A stretch of DNA of 64,000 bases from an uncultured delta proteobacterium (lineage in GTDB: Bacteria > Myxococcota_A > Polyangia > Polyangiales > Polyangiaceae). The notes under the pieces were generated by a model that did not search any database, had not been told where the DNA came from, and saw nothing but the letters and a program-made list of their open reading frames with translations. The stretch spans positions 928,001 to 992,000 of the forward strand of contig CAWKKR010000007.1 in NCBI GenBank assembly GCA_963850305.1. The letters run 5' to 3'. Position numbers and translations under genes: made by a program. This document shows, one piece after another, positions 59,391 through 64,000 of this stretch (position 1 is its first letter; every line of letters begins with the position of its first letter).

Positions 59391-59999
59391 TCAGTCCTTC
59401 CCGAACAGATCCTGGATCCGCGAGTCGAGAGCCACGGAGATCTTGTAGAGACTCGAAATGGAGGGGCTCGATTCCGCTCGTTCGATCTGGGAAAGGAGCG
59501 AGATACTGAGCCCCGTTCGGCGGCTCATCTGCTTGAGCGTGAGCTCCTTCTCCTTCCGGAGCGTGCGGATCGTGTCGCCGATGATCTTGTGAAGTTGCTC
59601 CTCGGGTGTTCGTGCGAGGCCCTTCTTCCTCATCACCCGCGACAGCACCTCGCGGAACTCGTCGACGTTGAACGGCTTCTTGATGTAGTCGACCGCGTCG
59701 AGCTTCATCGACGCGATCGCCGAATCCAGGTTCGGGTGCGCCGTGAAGATCACGACCGCGATGTCCTTGTCGAGGTTTCGAATACGTCGCAGGAGTTCGA
59801 TGCCGTCGAGCTTCGGCATCATCAGGTCGAGGATGATGACGTGGTATTCTCCAACCCGCACTTCGTCTTCGACGAGGGTCGGGTCGCTCAGAGCTTTGAC
59901 GTGAAACCCGTCATTTTCGAGCAGGGTCTGCATGTAGTCGCAGATCTGCTTGTCATCGTCGACGATCAGGATCCGCACCGCGGGCAGTTCGATGGGCAC
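59391..59999 (-). CDS. digR: Response regulator with receiver + XRE HTH, DigR(SgmW)-like
   Basis: GAGGA RBS and GTG 59999. ILIVDDD, ILDLMMP, FTA, YIKKP, then LTLKQMSRRTGLSISLLSQIERAESSPSISSLYKI. Confidence 0.8.
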   Translation of the reverse strand: MPIELPAVRILIVDDDKQICDYMQTLLENDGFHVKALSDPTLVEDEVRVGEYHVIILDLMMPKLDGIELLRRIRNLDKDIAVVIFTAHPNLDSAIASMKLDAVDYIKKPFNVDEFREVLSRVMRKKGLARTPEEQLHKIIGDTIRTLRKEKELTLKQMSRRTGLSISLLSQIERAESSPSISSLYKISVALDSRIQDLFGKD

Positions 60000-60260
60000 G
60001 AGGGTCCTCTTTCCGTAAGCGATTGCGGGCAAGAGCCGAGAGCCGACGCCTGACCGAAATTGCACTGAGACTATAAGCCGAAGTTCAATTCCAGTGCTAC
60101 CAAAATCGCGGAACATGCCGGAACAACGCAACTCTCCGGATTCGTTTCGGGGATGCGACGGCCGGGGGGGCGGTTGGTGCTTCTGCGAGCGGCCGAGCGC
60201 AGGTACGCTTTTGGATTCGATGATGGTCGGCTCCAGGAACGAAGCGACGCGAACTCCGTC

Positions 60261-63411
<3,151 letters not shown>

Positions 63412-63415
<4 letters not shown>

Positions 63416-64000
63416 CGGCCTCCGTGGTCCGCGAGGGCACGTCGGACTTTCTCACCCATTGCCAGGCGTCTTCCGGCGGGAGCCCGGTCCTCGAGCAGAT
63501 CCGCGAGCGCGGGGCGGACGCGGTGCTCGCCGTGTTTCGACTCGTCAAGAACGGCCTGGTCCATGCGCTCGACAACCAGGCCGTGCATGCAGAGCGCCGG
63601 CCAGGCGAGACGAGATCCTCTCGGACTTCGCCGGCATGGTCGGCAACAACGTGTCCATCACGTTCATCGGCGACACCATCTTCGTGTGCGGGCAGCTCCT
63701 CCGCGCCTCCCGCAGCGTGTACGAATCGGCGAGGGAGCTCGGGGAGATCCTCGCCCGCTGCGGCGTGTCGGAGCTCAGCATCGATCCTGGCGTGGGCGCG
63801 GAGGATCTCCTCGCGGCCCTCTCGCTGCTGATGCAGGGCTATCGCGCTCCCGACCGGAAGGAAGAACTCCTCGCGACCAAGATTCCGCACATCGGTCTCC
63901 GGAAGGTCGAAGCGGAGCTCGCGAAGGGGCGAGCTCGACTCGGAGCAGTCGCTTCCGGAGCGGATCGTGCGGTTTTACGCGACGTCCCTGGTCGTGCTCC
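63412..64000 (+). CDS. Partial, frameshifted protein translationally coupled to the kinase-HEAT gene; function unknown
   Basis: GTGA overlap at 63412-63415. LVKNGLVHALDNQAV, then after indels near 63590-63612 ITFIGDTIFVCGQLLRASRSVYESARELG. Truncated by the window. Confidence 0.6.

Overview
GC-rich bacterial chromosomal window. Gene content points to Myxococcota, most likely a Polyangiales/Polyangiaceae-type myxobacterium (inference). The dominant feature is a ~31 kb region (7.5-38.9 kb) carrying most of an Agl-Glt-type gliding apparatus: a gltB/gltA-like beta-barrel pair, a divergent gltK/cglC-like lipoprotein, then gltC-gltD-gltE-gltF-gltG, an extra TPR lipoprotein and an 11.3 kb gltI/agmK-like giant TPR gene. 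Genes that lie in two separate clusters in Myxococcus xanthus are joined here. Around it are housekeeping genes (frr, ftsY, uvrA, dksA-like, tatD, yraN, amidase, three tRNAs) and many signalling genes (PP2C, two Hanks kinases, FHA-sigma54 activator, PrkA, DigR-like regulator, output-less HAMP proteins). A c-type cytochrome lipoprotein pair sits at the left edge. Non-coding signals include a ~20.7-bp-periodic GAGC/palindrome array next to tRNA-His and a ~72-bp structured repeat present twice. Several genes carry single-base frameshifts, consistent with long-read/MAG indel errors. No transposase, integrase, CRISPR array or rRNA was seen. All family assignments are by motif recognition; no database search was run.
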